Shown: positions 36,531 to 50,117, counted from the stretch's first letter. The stretch is 64,000 nt of DNA from Sphaerodactylus townsendi (GCF_021028975.2 NC_059431.1:53878001-53942000), one strand, 5' to 3'. The notes: a model not told the origin generated them from the letters alone. Numbers and translations: made by a program.

Positions 36531-37066
36531 CTTCACGAATCGTTCTTCATTCTGTGACATCTATCTCATAGAAACAACTTGTTTAGTGGGTAGTACTGTG
36601 CTTGTGCTGGGATGATCTGTGTTAAATCTTCCATTTACTGGGTGATCTCAGGCAAATCACAGTGAGGGATATGAAAGGTTCTCTTCTCATGATCTAGACT
36701 GAAGTTTCCTAAAGTGAGCTAATTTGAATTCCCTCGGCCTAAGATGATGTTGACTCATCCCCCATTTGATGGCTTATTGAGAGTATTACAAGCTCTAGTG
36801 TCCTCCCAATCAAAAAGAGGTGAAGATGAGAAGTAAAAGCAGAGTTGCTATTTTTGGTTTGGGGAGATATAATGGCAGTGTTGTGAAGAGCAAAGTCTGG
36901 AGAGAGAAGGGACCTCAGCAGTGATTTAATTTCACAGAGTTCACCCTATGAAGCTGCCTGTTTATCCAGGGGCACTGATCTCTGTAGTCTGGAGACAAGC
37001 TGCAATTTTGGAAGAATTCTGCACTCCATCTGGAGGCTGGTCACTCTAGATGTCAGGGCTTGATAG

Positions 37067-37210
37067 GAGAACCGGGGTGAGGCTTTCCAGATGTTCAGGA
37101 ACTACAATTCCCATCAGCCCCTACCAGCATGGCCAATTGGCCATGCTGACAGAGGCTGATGGGAATTGTAGTTCCTGAACATCTGGAGAGCCGCAGGTTC
37201 CCTACCCCTG
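37067..37210. mobile_element. Palindromic hAT MITE (third copy, left end damaged)
   Basis: Near-identical to 34915-35062 from tccagatgttcaggaactac onward. Confidence 0.85.
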
Positions 37211-37489
37211 CATTAGACAAACTGAAATCTCTATTTTTGCTCTGATCACAATCCATTCCATTCTGAATTCTGTCTTTCCCTGGTCACAATCTTCAGCCTA
37301 ACCTACCCCCATTGATGTTCGGAAAATCAAATGGTAAACACCTAAGCTTTTCACAGGAATTGTGGGATTTATGATAAATAAAGGCAGTCTGTATGGGGAA
37401 ATAGTATGCATCCATGCTACCTTTAATATTGATCTGTGGATGTCATAATAATACAGTCTCTGAGAGAATTAAATAGCTATTGCTGCTTT

Positions 37490-37771
37490 AAGAAGAAGAG
37501 TTTGGATTTATATCCCCCCTTTCTCTCCTGTAGGAAACTCAAAGGGCTTACAATCTCCTCCCTCACAACAAACGCCCTGTGAGGTAGGTGGAGCTGAGAT
37601 CTCAGAAGAACTGTGACTAGCCCAAGGTCACCCAGCTGGCATGTGTTGGAGTGCACAGGCTAATCTGAATTCCCCAGATAAGCCTCCACAGCTCAAACAG
37701 AATGGGGAATCAAACCCAGTTCCTCAAGATTAGAATGTACCTGCTCTTAACCACTACACCACTGCTGCTCC
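37490..37771 (-). mobile_element. tRNA-derived SINE (full length)
   Basis: - strand ggagcagcagtggtgtagtggttaagagc (A box), gggtttgattcccc (B box), ctgggtgaccttgggctagtcac, tail ...aatccaaactcttcttct. Confidence 0.85.
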
Positions 37772-38349
37772 TTTTAAGATATCATTTTCTTACCTAACTT
37801 AGATGGCTGTTTCTACAGTAATTCTGCTGCTGCTAAATTAAAAAATATATAAGCCCTCTAATCCAATACTCTTATTATCAGTCCATGTATACTTGCACCA
37901 TGTCCTTTTCTTCTGCTACAGAAAATTACCTCACCCATATTTAGGAGGAGGAAGTAGCAAAAAAACCAACATCCTAACCTAAGGTCCTCACTGAGAAAAA
38001 AATGCTGTGCTAATATGATCTGGTTGATTTCTCTATATCTATAATATATACTATTTTTCCATGTGGAACAACATATTTCCTATTGGAATAGAGCTAAAGG
38101 ATTAAGCAATAGCTACCTAAATTCAATCTGAGACTTACTTGTAACTTCAGAGTGATTCTGATCAGGCCAAAAGATAAGCAGGGGCTTTATTATAAATCTC
38201 AGAATGATGAATCACCAGAAAATATACCCCTGATATCTAAGTTCCAGTGGGAGCAAGTTTTATTGCCTTTCATAACAATTTGGTTTTGCTACCAAGTGTT
38301 ATATTTAAGTCTTAGATTGTTCTCTAATTCCACGAAGTAGAGATTATAG

Positions 38350-38595
38350 AACCAATGTGGAATAGTGGTTCAGGTGTCAGACTGGGATCTGGGAAACTCA
38401 GGTACAAATCCCAGCTCTGCCATGGAAATTTGCTGGGTGACCTTGGTCTAGTCATACACTCTCAGCCATGACCCTGGCGTGTATTTTAATGGGAAACCTC
38501 CAAGGAATACCAGGGTTGTGACACAGAGGCAAGCAATGGCAAACCACCTCTGAACATTTCTTGGAAGCCCTACATGGTTGCTGTAACTTGATGCT
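38350..38595 (+). mobile_element. tRNA-derived SINE head joined to an RTE/Sauria-like tail
   Basis: gtggaatagtggttcaggtgtcagac...gctgggtgaccttgg head, then gcaatggcaaaccacctctgaac. Confidence 0.6.
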
Positions 38596-38609
38596 ATTAC
38601 CTAAAATGG

Positions 38610-39630
38610 TGAGAACTTGTCTCTTTTAGAATTAGCTAGAGCAGACTCCTGACTTAGCAAAAGGTCAGGCAAGCTCAGGGTCTTTGTTGCCTATGTATAT
38701 CAAGGATAGCAAATAAAGTTTTATAATTTTATTTAGGGATAATTTGGGTATACACACACAATCAATGAACAAAGCAGCAGAACACACACACAATCCTAGG
38801 ATGTAAACTGTGCTGAGTGGATAGGTTTGGAATAGATTAAGGGAATTAGAGAGTATGGGTTATAGTCACCTGATCTTGGAGTGGAATGGTCCGATGAACA
38901 GAGCTGAGTGGCCCATGCTTAGCTCTGATAGAAGAAAGAACAACACATTGTGGGACAATGTCAACAAGCAGGGAGGTATCTAGAGATTTTGGGAGAGGGA
39001 GAGGCTACTGTGAGAGGGAGTTTCTTATAGGAAAAAGGGGATCCTCAGGGTTAATCTCCCAGAAAAAGACATCAACCTTAATGGTTTGAGTTTTTAATCT
39101 AAATGGTGGAGACATTAGCTTGATGGGCCAAGTATGGGACTGCTTGAAGGTGGAGGAAACTGATGAAATTACAGTTTCTATAACAATGTAAGTGAGGTGG
39201 TTGTTCTAAATTATTTGGCGGAAGAAGTATTGGGTTAATACAACATTGGCAAGAACATTTGGGACATATACATTAACAAGTCCTTTGTGTTCATGGGGTA
39301 GATAGTCCAGGGCTGGAGAATGGAAGTGACAGTTTCCTAGCAGAGGCATCACCCTTTAGGAAGGGTGTGGCAGCTATTTGCAAGGCAGATGTGGGTGAGG
39401 GCATGCCCAGATAGAATTTATTGGTACTCTAGCCAATGTAGAGAATGGGCTTCCCATTTTGACACTGCACTGCTAGGCACCTCAAGGATTGACAGGATGA
39501 GTAGAGACACTGCTGTCTTAAAAGCAAGGTTCCTCCAACCCACCATGGGTCAGTCTGGTACTAATGCTAAAACACACAAACACACCATTAATTTAGGAAG
39601 GCCGCTGTGCCTCTTTAATATATATTCTCA
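38610..39630 (-). mobile_element. Probable solo LTR
   Basis: TGAGAA...TTCTCA inverted termini and TATA-like cctataag on the - strand (~39024-39031). Layout resembles the other solo LTRs; no TSD found. Confidence 0.45.
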
Positions 39631-40527
39631 AGACTGTTTAAACACCAATAGAACATAATATTCCTGCATATTCAAAACTACCATATGAAAGCGGTTACAT
39701 TGTTGGAAAGCAGTTGTTCTGAAAGCAAACCCAGTTTTGTCTCTGAGGAACTTCCTTGCCTCTTACACTGGAGGAATAGAAAGTGGAACAGGTTCTGGGT
39801 GCTGAGTAGGATATAGAAGACACCACTCTTAGAAGACTCTTAGCATGTTTACTAACAAGTAATACCCATTGAGTTCAATTATTCTTACTCCTTGTGTGTT
39901 TAGGATAGCAGGTTTAGCCTTTTTGTCTGAATTGGGTTGCCAATCTCCAGGTGACATCTGGCAATCTCCCACTATTACAACTGATCTCCAGACTACTAAA
40001 TTCAGTTCTGCTGGAAAAAAAATGACTGCTTTGAAGGTGGAGTGTATCATGTGTGTATGGAATTGTACTTTGCTGAGATCCCTCTCGTTCCCAAATCTCC
40101 TTCTCTAAACTGCACCCCAAAATCTCCAGGTATTTTCCAATTCACTTTCTTTGTTTGAAGCAGTGAAAAAGATGCCAGCACTCCCTGACTTGATGATCTG
40201 CGGATGCAGTTTCATTGCTAACCATTGCTGCATCATAGTGCTTTTGCTCTGGCCTACCTCTATTTACACAGTGAAATGCATAATTATTCAGGGCTGATTG
40301 TGGATGTACATTTCAGTGCATATGCCCATCCTCATCCCCATCACTATGAGAAAGTGAATCAGCACAAGGAAGCATTATCATGGGGGATGCACTTCTCTCT
40401 TTTCCCAGGCTGTGAAAGGATTCAAAAAGCATGAGAAAAAAAAATCTCCAAAATGTGTCTATCTTTCAAAATGAATGAGATTCTAACTTACAGCAATATC
40501 TAGATGAATATTACTGGCCCAGCATGG

Positions 40528-41261
40528 CAGAGGCGTACTATGGGTAAATGGCACCCAGAGACAAATTGTCTCTGGGCGCCCTGCCCCTGTGCCTGAGGGC
40601 AGAGCTCTGCCTCCCTTGCTGCCACCCTGCCCCCATGCCTGGGGGTGGGATGGGTCAGGTCTCTGCCTCCCTCCCAGATGGCAGCCAGCAGTTCCTTATG
40701 CCATCCCCTTCGGGCAGGCCAGAAGAGACAGAGGTCCCCAGCCTTAGAGAGCTGCTTTTATAAGCACTGAGGCCAGGGGGTGGGACTCAGGGGGTGGGGC
40801 CACACAGACCTCATTCCTGGGGGCATTGCCATGCCTCCCCAAGCTGCACCCCCAGCCTCAGTGCTTATAAAAGCAGCTGTCCGAGGCCGGGGACTGCAGT
40901 CTCTTCTGGCCTGCCTGGAGGGGAGGGCAGAAGGGACTTCCAGCTGCCGGCTGGGAGCACAGCCGGCAGGGGGGTAGAGCTGGGGGGTGGGGGGTGGAGC
41001 TGGGTTCCTTCAACCCTGGCCATGTCAATGATGACATGGACGGGGTCGAACGTGCTTGGAGACAATGAGGCAGCAGGAAGTTCAATGATTCTTACTCCCC
41101 ACCCGTGTGTCATTGACATGGGCAGGGTCGAGGGTGCCCGGCTCCGCCCCCCACTGCTGTCTTCCTGGTCATGTGGGGGGCCGATTTTGCACCCCCATGT
41201 GACCAGAAGAGGGGCGCCCCCCATGTGACCAGAAGAGTGTCCCTAGGCAAATATGCCACTG
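40528..41261. mobile_element. Non-autonomous hAT element with an internal palindrome
   Basis: Termini CAGAGGCGTA...TATGCCACTG, 8-bp TSD CAGCATGG/CAGCCTGG. Internal inverted repeat agctgcttttataagcactgagg / cctcagtgcttataaaagcagct. Confidence 0.8.
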
Positions 41262-41470
41262 CAGCCTGGTACATTGGTTAGAGAGCTGAAATAGGATCTG
41301 AGAGACCCTGGTTCAGTTCCCAATTCTGCTATGGAAGCTTGCTGCGTGGTCTTGGGTCAATCACACACCTAGCCTATCTTTATTATGAGGGTAAAATGGA
41401 GGAAAGGAGGACAATCAAAGCCACTTTGCTTCTCCTCTAGGAAGAAAAGTTGGGTATATGAAGTTAATAA
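41262..41470 (+). mobile_element. Degenerate tRNA-derived SINE
   Basis: cagcctggtacattggttagagagctg...ggttcagttccc (A/B-box-like) and the usual body. Its 5' end coincides with the hAT TSD. Confidence 0.55.
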
Positions 41471-43469
41471 GAATTATAATTGTGGGCCCATGTGACCAAA
41501 TTCATACTTCATTCATTTAGGGTGCTATTAATGACAAAAATTCTGAAGCATATTCCTAGAAATGTAATATATAAGACAGATAGAATTGCCCATAGTTCCT
41601 TCATGAGTGTATGCTTGGTATTGAAGCCAAGTTTGCTGCTACGTAAAAAGTAGAATTCATAATGAAGAACAGATTCTAAGCAATGTTATTACCCATAAGG
41701 CTCATGATATCTGAGAAAATTAAACCACACATTTTCCATCTACCTGGAAACTTCTTCTTGTGAGCTGTTCAGCACATACCCTGAATCCACTGGGAAGCCT
41801 CAGTAACTAAATTTGTCCAAAATATTTTGGTGTCCAATTGGCATTCTGAGCCATTTACAAAACCCTGATGCATCTCAGTCCTCCCTACCATATGATGTGA
41901 GAAGGGAGGAAACTGAACTTTCCCTTGTTGAGGAAGATGTAAAAATAGCCAATAACTTCTCCATGTTTTTAGCATTCAAAGTACAGAAACAGCTGATAAC
42001 TATTTGCCATTGCAGAACTTGAAATCGATCCAACTTCACAATACAACTATTCCTCTCGTCTGGCCATCCAACTCCCACTCACTGATAAGTCTCCCAACAG
42101 CAAAGTGGAAACTTTCCAAATGTCACACAAGCCTCTCAGGTCTAAATCTACTGCATATTCACTCCATTACAAAGATTGGTTTGGGAACTTTGTTTTAAAG
42201 TTGTGGCACTTCATCATGACTCGCATATGAATGAGCTAAATGAATTCATTACTGAATAGCTAGATTATGGTCTGCAGCTGTTCTGTCCCAAGACTCAGTT
42301 CAGAAGATGGTCAGAGCTGCTGAACATTCTTTCCCTTTTGAGGATGCATTTTAGGAGAAAGTCAAAGGTAGAAAGTTGCATTAAAATTCAATAAGGAAAG
42401 GGAATTGGAAATGACATATCTGCTTATTGCGCCTGAGTTTTGGAGAGCAACTGAGCATCAGGTACATATGAGGCATGGATTCCCAGCTGCCTGACATTGA
42501 GCGTGCTAATTTCTGTCTTTGGTGCAGCTGTGGCTATTACAGTGAAGCATTCACATTCAGTGTGTCAAAGGAGCTTTACAAATTGAAAATCAAACACAGG
42601 ATGTTAGTAACGATAACAAAACCCCAAAGGAAGCAGGTGTGCCTAGCCAGGCAAGCACACCAGTGCTCAAGGAAAGGGACTGGCCTGTTCCTGACTTTCA
42701 TTGGCATATTTTGATTATCATCCCAACAGAGGCTTTCCTCCTTCGTTGTCATGTGGAAACGTATGCCAAAAAACACCCAAGTGTCAGCTGCTTTGCTAAT
42801 ATGATCTCTAGGCATAGTAAGGAGTTGGCTCATTAATTTGTTTATGTCAGGCAACTGGGAGAAGCTTTAGATATGACCCTGTATGCTGACAGAACAGGAA
42901 GCACATTGCTTCAGTTTCTTTCATCCAAAATGGGACTTCTGCTCCTTTTTGCTTAGGGGATATATACTTGACATGAGCATTTTTCCATTAGATAAATGTT
43001 CTATTCTGAACATGGCAGAGATGATGTGGAACTGGAAGCAGGAAGTATTTTTACTTCCAGCTTCCTACTTGTCAGTGTCACATTTTCAGTGCTTCTTGTG
43101 CATGCATTCTCTCCCCATGTTCCCATCATTTCAGAGCTCACTGCCTCTTATTATTCAATCTAGCATTTTAAAACAAAGGCTATTGTTTTATAATGCCTAC
43201 AGCAATTAGCCAGATGGGATGGACTTGGCAGGAACCTATTTTATTGATTTGCATCATACATACAAATCAGACACATTAGACAATAAAAGCAACACTTAGG
43301 TGGCTAAGAAAGCATAGCAAAGGGTAAGTGTGACAATAATGCAAGAGCTAGAAATATGAATATAGAATGGTTTACCTTCTTCAAGGCAGGACTTGGAGTT
43401 TTCCTGGAATTACAGTTGATTTCCACATTACTAAGATCAGTTCACCAGGCAAAAATGGTTAGCTCCAGA

Positions 43470-43693
43470 CAGTGGTGGGATTCAAACATTTTAACAACAG
43501 GTTCCGATAGTGGTGGGATTCAAATAATGACTGTTAAAAAGTATTTTAAAATATTTTTAATACCACTTTTTTATTTTAAGTATTTAAAAATATTAATACT
43601 TAATAAAAATATTTTAAGTATTAAAAAAGTGATATTTTAAATTTTAACAACAGGTTCTACAGAACCTTCGGAACCCCCTGAATCCCACTTCTG
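43470..43693. mobile_element. hAT MITE
   Basis: CAGTGGTGGGATTCA...TGAATCCCACTTCTG termini, perfect 8-bp TSD GCTCCAGA (43462-43469 / 43694-43701). Inserted into an older repeat. Confidence 0.9.
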
Positions 43694-46025
43694 GCTCCAG
43701 AGGATGGACACCAAGCTGAGCCTGGCAGGGCAGTGGCAGCAAGCCACCACTACTTCGCCAGGACCTGCATCAACCCTTCCAGGCCCCCTCCAACACTCCC
43801 CCCCACAACCCGAACACCACGGGACTATTTTCTTCTGCAGAAGCATGGTTGTCTTCTGCCAAAGCATTATTGACTGCACTTGGATCTTTTTGTGGGAAAT
43901 AAGTACCAGTACTTACTTAAGAAAACATTTTAAAACTGTTTTAGGTGATTTGTGAGGAAAGGGCCAATGTTGACTTGGATGCATTTAATCCATTTTTATT
44001 GCTTTAGCATAATCTTTTCAGTGCAATATCCCTTCCTCTAATGCATAAATGGCATAGAACTGTCAATAAAGTGCTTGTCCTGATGAGGGGCACCCTCCTC
44101 CATATGTTTTCCAACATGTAAATGCTCCTGCAGTCCTTTTCTTAACTTCTTTCATAAACTACAACAAGCGAAAGTAATTCCCTCTGTGATAAATTTGGCA
44201 TAAGTGCAACAGGAGAGATAATTGATGATTCCAGACCACATAAGTATACAAGCAATGACATATTCCTCAATGTGATGTTCATTCATGTGAAGCAATCTTG
44301 GCTGAAACATTCTTGTACTCTACAAAACACACAGTCAGTGTCTTTAAAAATACTAGCTATCTGCACATCACAGCTGCCACTGTGACCCAGGAACAGCAGA
44401 GAGGGCATCAAATCATATACTTGTAAAAAATATTCTATTCTGAACATGGCAGACCCACCTCTGGCATGACAAGCATCAGAATACTCCATGTAGTTTAATC
44501 TGAAATTAAACTCAAATAAGGAGTGAACATTTCAAATGCATCACCTTTCTAGCTGCAACCTTTCAGCCTAACAATGATCTAGAGTATCATTTTGAAAGCA
44601 TAGTGACAACGATGACACTTGGAAAGCAAACAATATTTTAAACTTCATAGATACAATATAATATTTTCAGGCATCTATTGTCAAAGCTCTGTTTTCCTTT
44701 TGTTTGGAATGTCATGGGTGATTTTTTTTTAAAAAAAGTTTCCTAGTGTAAAATAGCAGCTAAATGAATTAAATTCAGGTGTCAGGAGACCCATGTCTCT
44801 GAGGCTGCATTCCGATATTCCAACAGGGTTTGACTATGACAGGCACAAAAACAATTGGTTGCTGCCATGCTTGCACACTTCCCTTGCTCCTCTCACTATC
44901 CTGTGCATGAAAAGAAGAATGATTCTGGACTCAGGAAGCCTGGGATGAATTGGAGTATGCCCCTCCCAACAAAAATGCAATGATTCTCCACTTGGACTAA
45001 ACTGTAGTTTGGAATTCTGGTTTGTGGGAAGAAAACTTATTTCAATTTGCCCATTTGAATACCAAGCTGAGCCTGGCGGGAAGCCTCAATCAAGTCTTCA
45101 CAAACAGGGAAGCCTTCAATCATGCTACACACAATATGAGAAGAGAGAGAGGAATAATAAGGGAAGCACATGAGCATGGCAAAAAGCAGTGTTTGTGCCT
45201 ATCACGACAAATCTCTGGATGGGATGTCCTGAAAGCAAAAGAACAGGGTGCACTTCCAAGATGCTTAAAACTGGTAATAATGTAGGAGCAAGCCTTTTGA
45301 AGATCAATTCAGGTAAGAAAGAAGCAGTTGGTGGTAAGAGAGAACAGTAACTTCCTGCTTCTCATGGTCACTGAAGTCCACAGTCTTGGAGAGATCCTTG
45401 ATCTGTCAGCTGTAACTGAAACCCACATTATGATGAGCACAGCCATTCATCAACTCTATCTTGTAGGAAGACGGCGATGCAAATATCATTTGTGCCTTTG
45501 CAACCTGGAGGATGGATTGATGAAATGCATTCCAAGTGGGGCTGCTGCAGTTTAACAGATGAAAAGCTTGAGTCTGTGAAGAATGGTAGTGTTCAGGGGC
45601 AGAATCACAGGCATGGGGCTGCACATTATACCACCATTTCAGCATTGGGAATGGCACTGGAGACAAAGGAAGGGGTGCATTCCAAGGTATGCCAATAATG
45701 CCACAGATGTCTAAATAGGAAGCCGAGTCATCTGCAAATTTCTCTGTGGTATGATTGGAAAAGGAATCCTACATCTCTCCCTCGGTTCTTTGCAATAGGA
45801 ACACTATTAGGGGGCAAAAGATGTTTATTTGCCTCCACTTGGAGGCAATAACAGCTGGTGTCTTGAGGGTTTTTAATATCTGTTTGTATGCCACCTGGAG
45901 CCAAGACAAAAGGTAGGGTAATTTTTAAAAAATAAATAAATATGATTCCTTTCAATCAAAACTTCTTCTCTCTCCTTACAAATTCTGAAATGACAACCCT
46001 GTCTCACAACTGTATACCAGTTTTT

Positions 46026-46170
46026 AAAAAGTAAAGGTAAAGGTAGTCTCCTGTGGAAGCACCATGTCATTACTGACCCATAGGGTGATGTCACATCACA
46101 ATATTTACTAGGTCGACTTTGTTTATGGGATGGTTTGCATTGCCTTCTCCAGTTGTCATTTCACACCCAG
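46026..46170 (-). mobile_element. Sauria SINE 3' fragment
   Basis: (ACCTTT)n-type tail on the - strand (aaagtaaaggtaaaggt) plus the tggtttgc.ttgccttc body. Confidence 0.7.
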
Positions 46171-48040
46171 TAATTTCTAGTTAAGAACAAAAGAATGCAT
46201 TGAGGGGCATAGCTACTTATAATGGTACCTGGGCTCACCCTGGGTGCTGCACACCCCCTCCACAGCTGTGCCAGCTCATGCCACCCCGACCTTCACATGG
46301 AGCAGAAAAGGCCCCTCCTTATAATTTCTTGTTCTGTAGATATTTTTTCCTCTGGATTTATGTGTTATTCCAGGTCAGTGCAACATCCATACAATTCACA
46401 TGTCACTAGCTTAGATTGCTAAACCTGATAGCTAAATGGAACATCCATGTTTGGCTGAGTGCACAACTGAACACTTGATATTGGGGACATAAACTGTGAC
46501 AGAGCATTGAGCTTCATGCCATGTTTCTAAGCTTCTTAAAGGCAAATGGTTGACTATGGGTAGTTGGGGGGCAGCAATGCATACTTCATATCAGTCAAAA
46601 TTTCATTTTCATTTTTTATGAGCTAATCATGCCAATTTATTCAGGCATAAGTGTTATGTATGTTAAAAACCTTTGTTGTCTCAGACCTGCATATCTCTGG
46701 ATAAAGAAAAAAGATAAAAAGTAATTTTCAGACTAATATTAAATATTTCCTTGAAATTGATGAGTAAATTGTTCTTAATAGTTTCCTTCTGGAATATTGT
46801 AGAATTTAACTAAGTAAAAAAAAGAGGAAGGTGTGTGGAACTTTACAGCTGTTTCTCACTTAAAAACATCAGAACTCTTTCTTCAGACAATGGAGTTTTT
46901 ATCAAAATGGAATACCAACTGCTTGAAGAACGGAGATTTTCTACACAGAAAACCCCTCAGACATCCCTTTCATCTTCTTACTTTGAGAAAGGCAAGTTGA
47001 CAGCCATTTCAGAACTCTGTATTATATATGCACCTGAGAGACATTTTAATTGACTTCATTCAGTCATTCACAGGCAAGGGAGAGAAGAATTAATTAGGGT
47101 TCATGCCTTTCTGGCAGTTCTGGTAGGGCTCTTTAAAAGTGGTAGCGCTCTTATTCTGCTTTTCAATGAAAGCTATTATTTGATCAAATGTTTAAGGTGA
47201 CCTTCCTTGTTATTGTTTATTTGCAGTGAGGTATTGCCTAGAGGCACCAGGAACTGAAGAAACACAGAGTTCCATGGTGTGGCTGAATAGCTAAAATATG
47301 GAGGTTTGGAAGGTGATTTTGCATTTGAATGAAAAATCACTGACAGGGCGTATATAATCTTCAGTGCATGTATTACAGTTTACAAGAGAGCATCTATTAT
47401 TCGATCTCAAGTAGATTAATTAGAGGTGAAACCAAGGATTTTTCTGCCACATTGTGAATATCCCATTTGAATGATGAACATTTATTCCAGATCATATTAT
47501 TGCTTGTTAAAATCTTTGCCTCATCAACCCATCAGAAGCTCTAGTTTCCATTTTCTTACTGTTATTGGACTTTTTGTAGACCTGAACCAAATTACTAAGC
47601 AGAGCCATCTTGAGCAGCTGCTGTGAATTTCTCTTTTCACACATGAAAACTGCAGAAATAGTTGAAGTCAGTCTTGCTCTTATGCTTTTAATGATATTTG
47701 AAATCATTTTATCAGGTTTTAGAGCATATTTGTATCTTTCTGAAGTTACTGGTATTGTCTATTTTCTATGGTTTTGTTACTGATTTTATTTTCTGTTTTC
47801 TTGCATTTTTGTTTGTCTTCTTTCCTTTACAATATTGACTAACTTTAGTTATATCCTGGCTTGCTCCCCAAGGGGGTGTCAAATAACTTCCACCATTCTC
47901 CTGTCCTCTATTTTATTCTCACATCTACCCTATGAGGTACATTCGAGTGTGTAACTAGTCCAAGGTCACACAGCGAGTTTTCCTGGCAGATGTTTGAAGC
48001 TGGATTCCTTGATCCAATACTATAACCAGATCCAATAGTC

Positions 48041-49359
48041 CAGGGGTCTGCAACCTGCGGCTCCGGAGCCGTATGCGGCTCTTTCATCCTTGCACTGCAG
48101 CTCCGCATGGCTTCGGTTCTCTCAGCCTCCTTTGGATAGTTGCCCTAAGGGTTAATGGGAAAGAGTCCCCATTCCTAGAGAGGCACAGCCCGAGATGGCT
48201 ATCCCAAGCCACTTCTGGCTTCCCTGTCAGGAGTGCATGGGAAAAGACTTGCACGTGGATTTTGGAAGGTTTACTTCAGAGTTAGCCAGTGGAGGGTAAG
48301 CTTGTCGATCATGGAAAGGAGGAAGGCCGAGATAATCCTCAGCCACAGTTGATGCAGGTTGCCAACTCCTGGCGGGCAAATCCCAGGACACTTGGGGGTA
48401 GATTCTCCGAAGCTGTGGCTTTTGGGACCAGGGCGGGGGCCATGTTCAGTCAGGAATATGGTTGTTGAGTCCACCCTCCATGGCAGACATTTTCTCAGGG
48501 GGGGAGTTCACACCCCCCCCCGGAAGTTGACAACCCAATTAAAGGCACCAATTTTGATCCACCATCCAAGTGAAATTTGAGGGGGTTCTTTTGGGGAGGC
48601 ATAATCAGTGTCTTTCAACACAGGAAAAGAGAAATGTGTGAAACGGGGGTTCTAGTGATGGTCATTTGAATTATGTATAAAACAACAGGCTTTTTACCCC
48701 CCCTTTTTTTTGCTTTAATGGGTAAAAATGGGCCCCCAAGAAGGGAACTTCTCCCTGCATGAGAATATATACCAGTGATGGCGAACCTTTTTAAGACCGA
48801 GTGCCCAAATTGCAACCCAAACCCCACTTATTTATCGCAAAGTGCCAACACGGCACTTTAACCTGAATACTGAGGTTTTAGTTTAGAAAAAACCAGTTGG
48901 CTCCCTCTTCTTCTGCCCCACCCACTTGAGCAGGGGCCAGTCTGCTCTAGCCTCCAGTAAGTCCCATGCGCACCACTCTGTACCTCTCTAGCATCTCTGC
49001 CTCCTCTGCACCCCCCCTCGGGCAACAGCCACCCAGAGCACAGGCACCAGGCCCACCAGCTGAGTCCTCCCTGCCCACCGTGGTGTGCACATGTCATGCT
49101 CAGTGGCCCAGGTCAGCCTAGATGTGTGGGGTGTGTGTGTGATTTTCTGCCCCATACATGAGGAACTCTGTGTGTGCGTGCCCACAGAGAGGGCTCCAAG
49201 TGCCACCTCTGGCACCCGTGCCATAGGTTCGCCATCACTGATATATACAGTGTTATCTTCATTTTAGATGTCAAAAAGTATTTGCGGCTCCAAGTGTTTT
49301 CTTTTCCATGGAAAACAGGTCCAAATGGCTCTTTGGATGTTAAAGGTTGCTGACCCCTG
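48041..49359. mobile_element. Non-autonomous hAT element (outer)
   Basis: TIR CAGGGGTCTGCAACCT / AGGTTGCTGACCCCTG; TSD CAATAGTC/CATTAGTC. Confidence 0.85.
48773..49240. mobile_element. hAT (Charlie-like) MITE (inner, nested)
   Basis: Perfect TIR CAGTGATGGCGAACCT / AGGTTCGCCATCACTG; perfect TSD ATATATAC. Confidence 0.92.
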
Positions 49360-50117
49360 CATTAGTCAAACAACTATGCAACACTGGCTATTATAATAAC
49401 AGGCAATAATAGTGTGGTAAACCAAGTTTTGATGTGCAAACTGGGGACTGAAAGATTAAAGCCCCTCTGTTAATATGTGCCTTCAATTTATTCTTTAAAA
49501 GACTGATGGGTATCTTTGATGGGCATCATGTTTGTTTTTACAGCTTTCAGATGAAACTTTTGAAGGGTGACATGCAAACTAATTGAGTATTTGGAAACTG
49601 TGGGCACTATGGTGATCCATGTAGGTCCATACGGCAGACCAGAGACTCATAGGATCAATCTATGTGGATTAGCTTAAAGAGGGATTGCAGAGCAAAATTA
49701 CCCTGTTGCCTGGTAATTTTGCATTCAATCCCCCTCTGCCCCTTCAATTTCTGATTTAGTACTTCTAAACCAGCCATGTGAAAAGTAGCATCTGGAGAAC
49801 CTGAAAGGAGTTTATAACTCATTCTAATTATACTTTATATTTATTTATTTTCAAAATTGACCTGTCTCCTTTTTCAGAAGTGCCATTTACACCCTGGTTG
49901 CAGCTGCTGGACTGTATCAGTGCTACGGTGGAATGACTGGAGCCATAAGATGTTTTTCAAGCACCAAAGTTAAAAGACAGTTAAAGTTAGCAGACTCCTG
50001 ATGGAATATCAAGCAGTTGTTGGAGCTGAACAAATAATGGACCTACTAAAGGAAATGTTGGTTTTAATGTTCAATGTAAGCACACATTTTGTGCAAAATC
50101 ACCTTCTTTTTGAAAGA

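Larger units (their letters stand above)
47845..49390 (-). mobile_element. tRNA-derived SINE split by nested hAT insertions
   Basis: Body (ctagtccaaggtcacacagc) at ~47900-48030; head remnant (aactatgcaacactggct) at ~49370-49390. Confidence 0.55.

Noticed and set aside
41813-42022. Exon-like 69-aa ORF
   Set aside because: No recognisable homology and no convincing splice sites.
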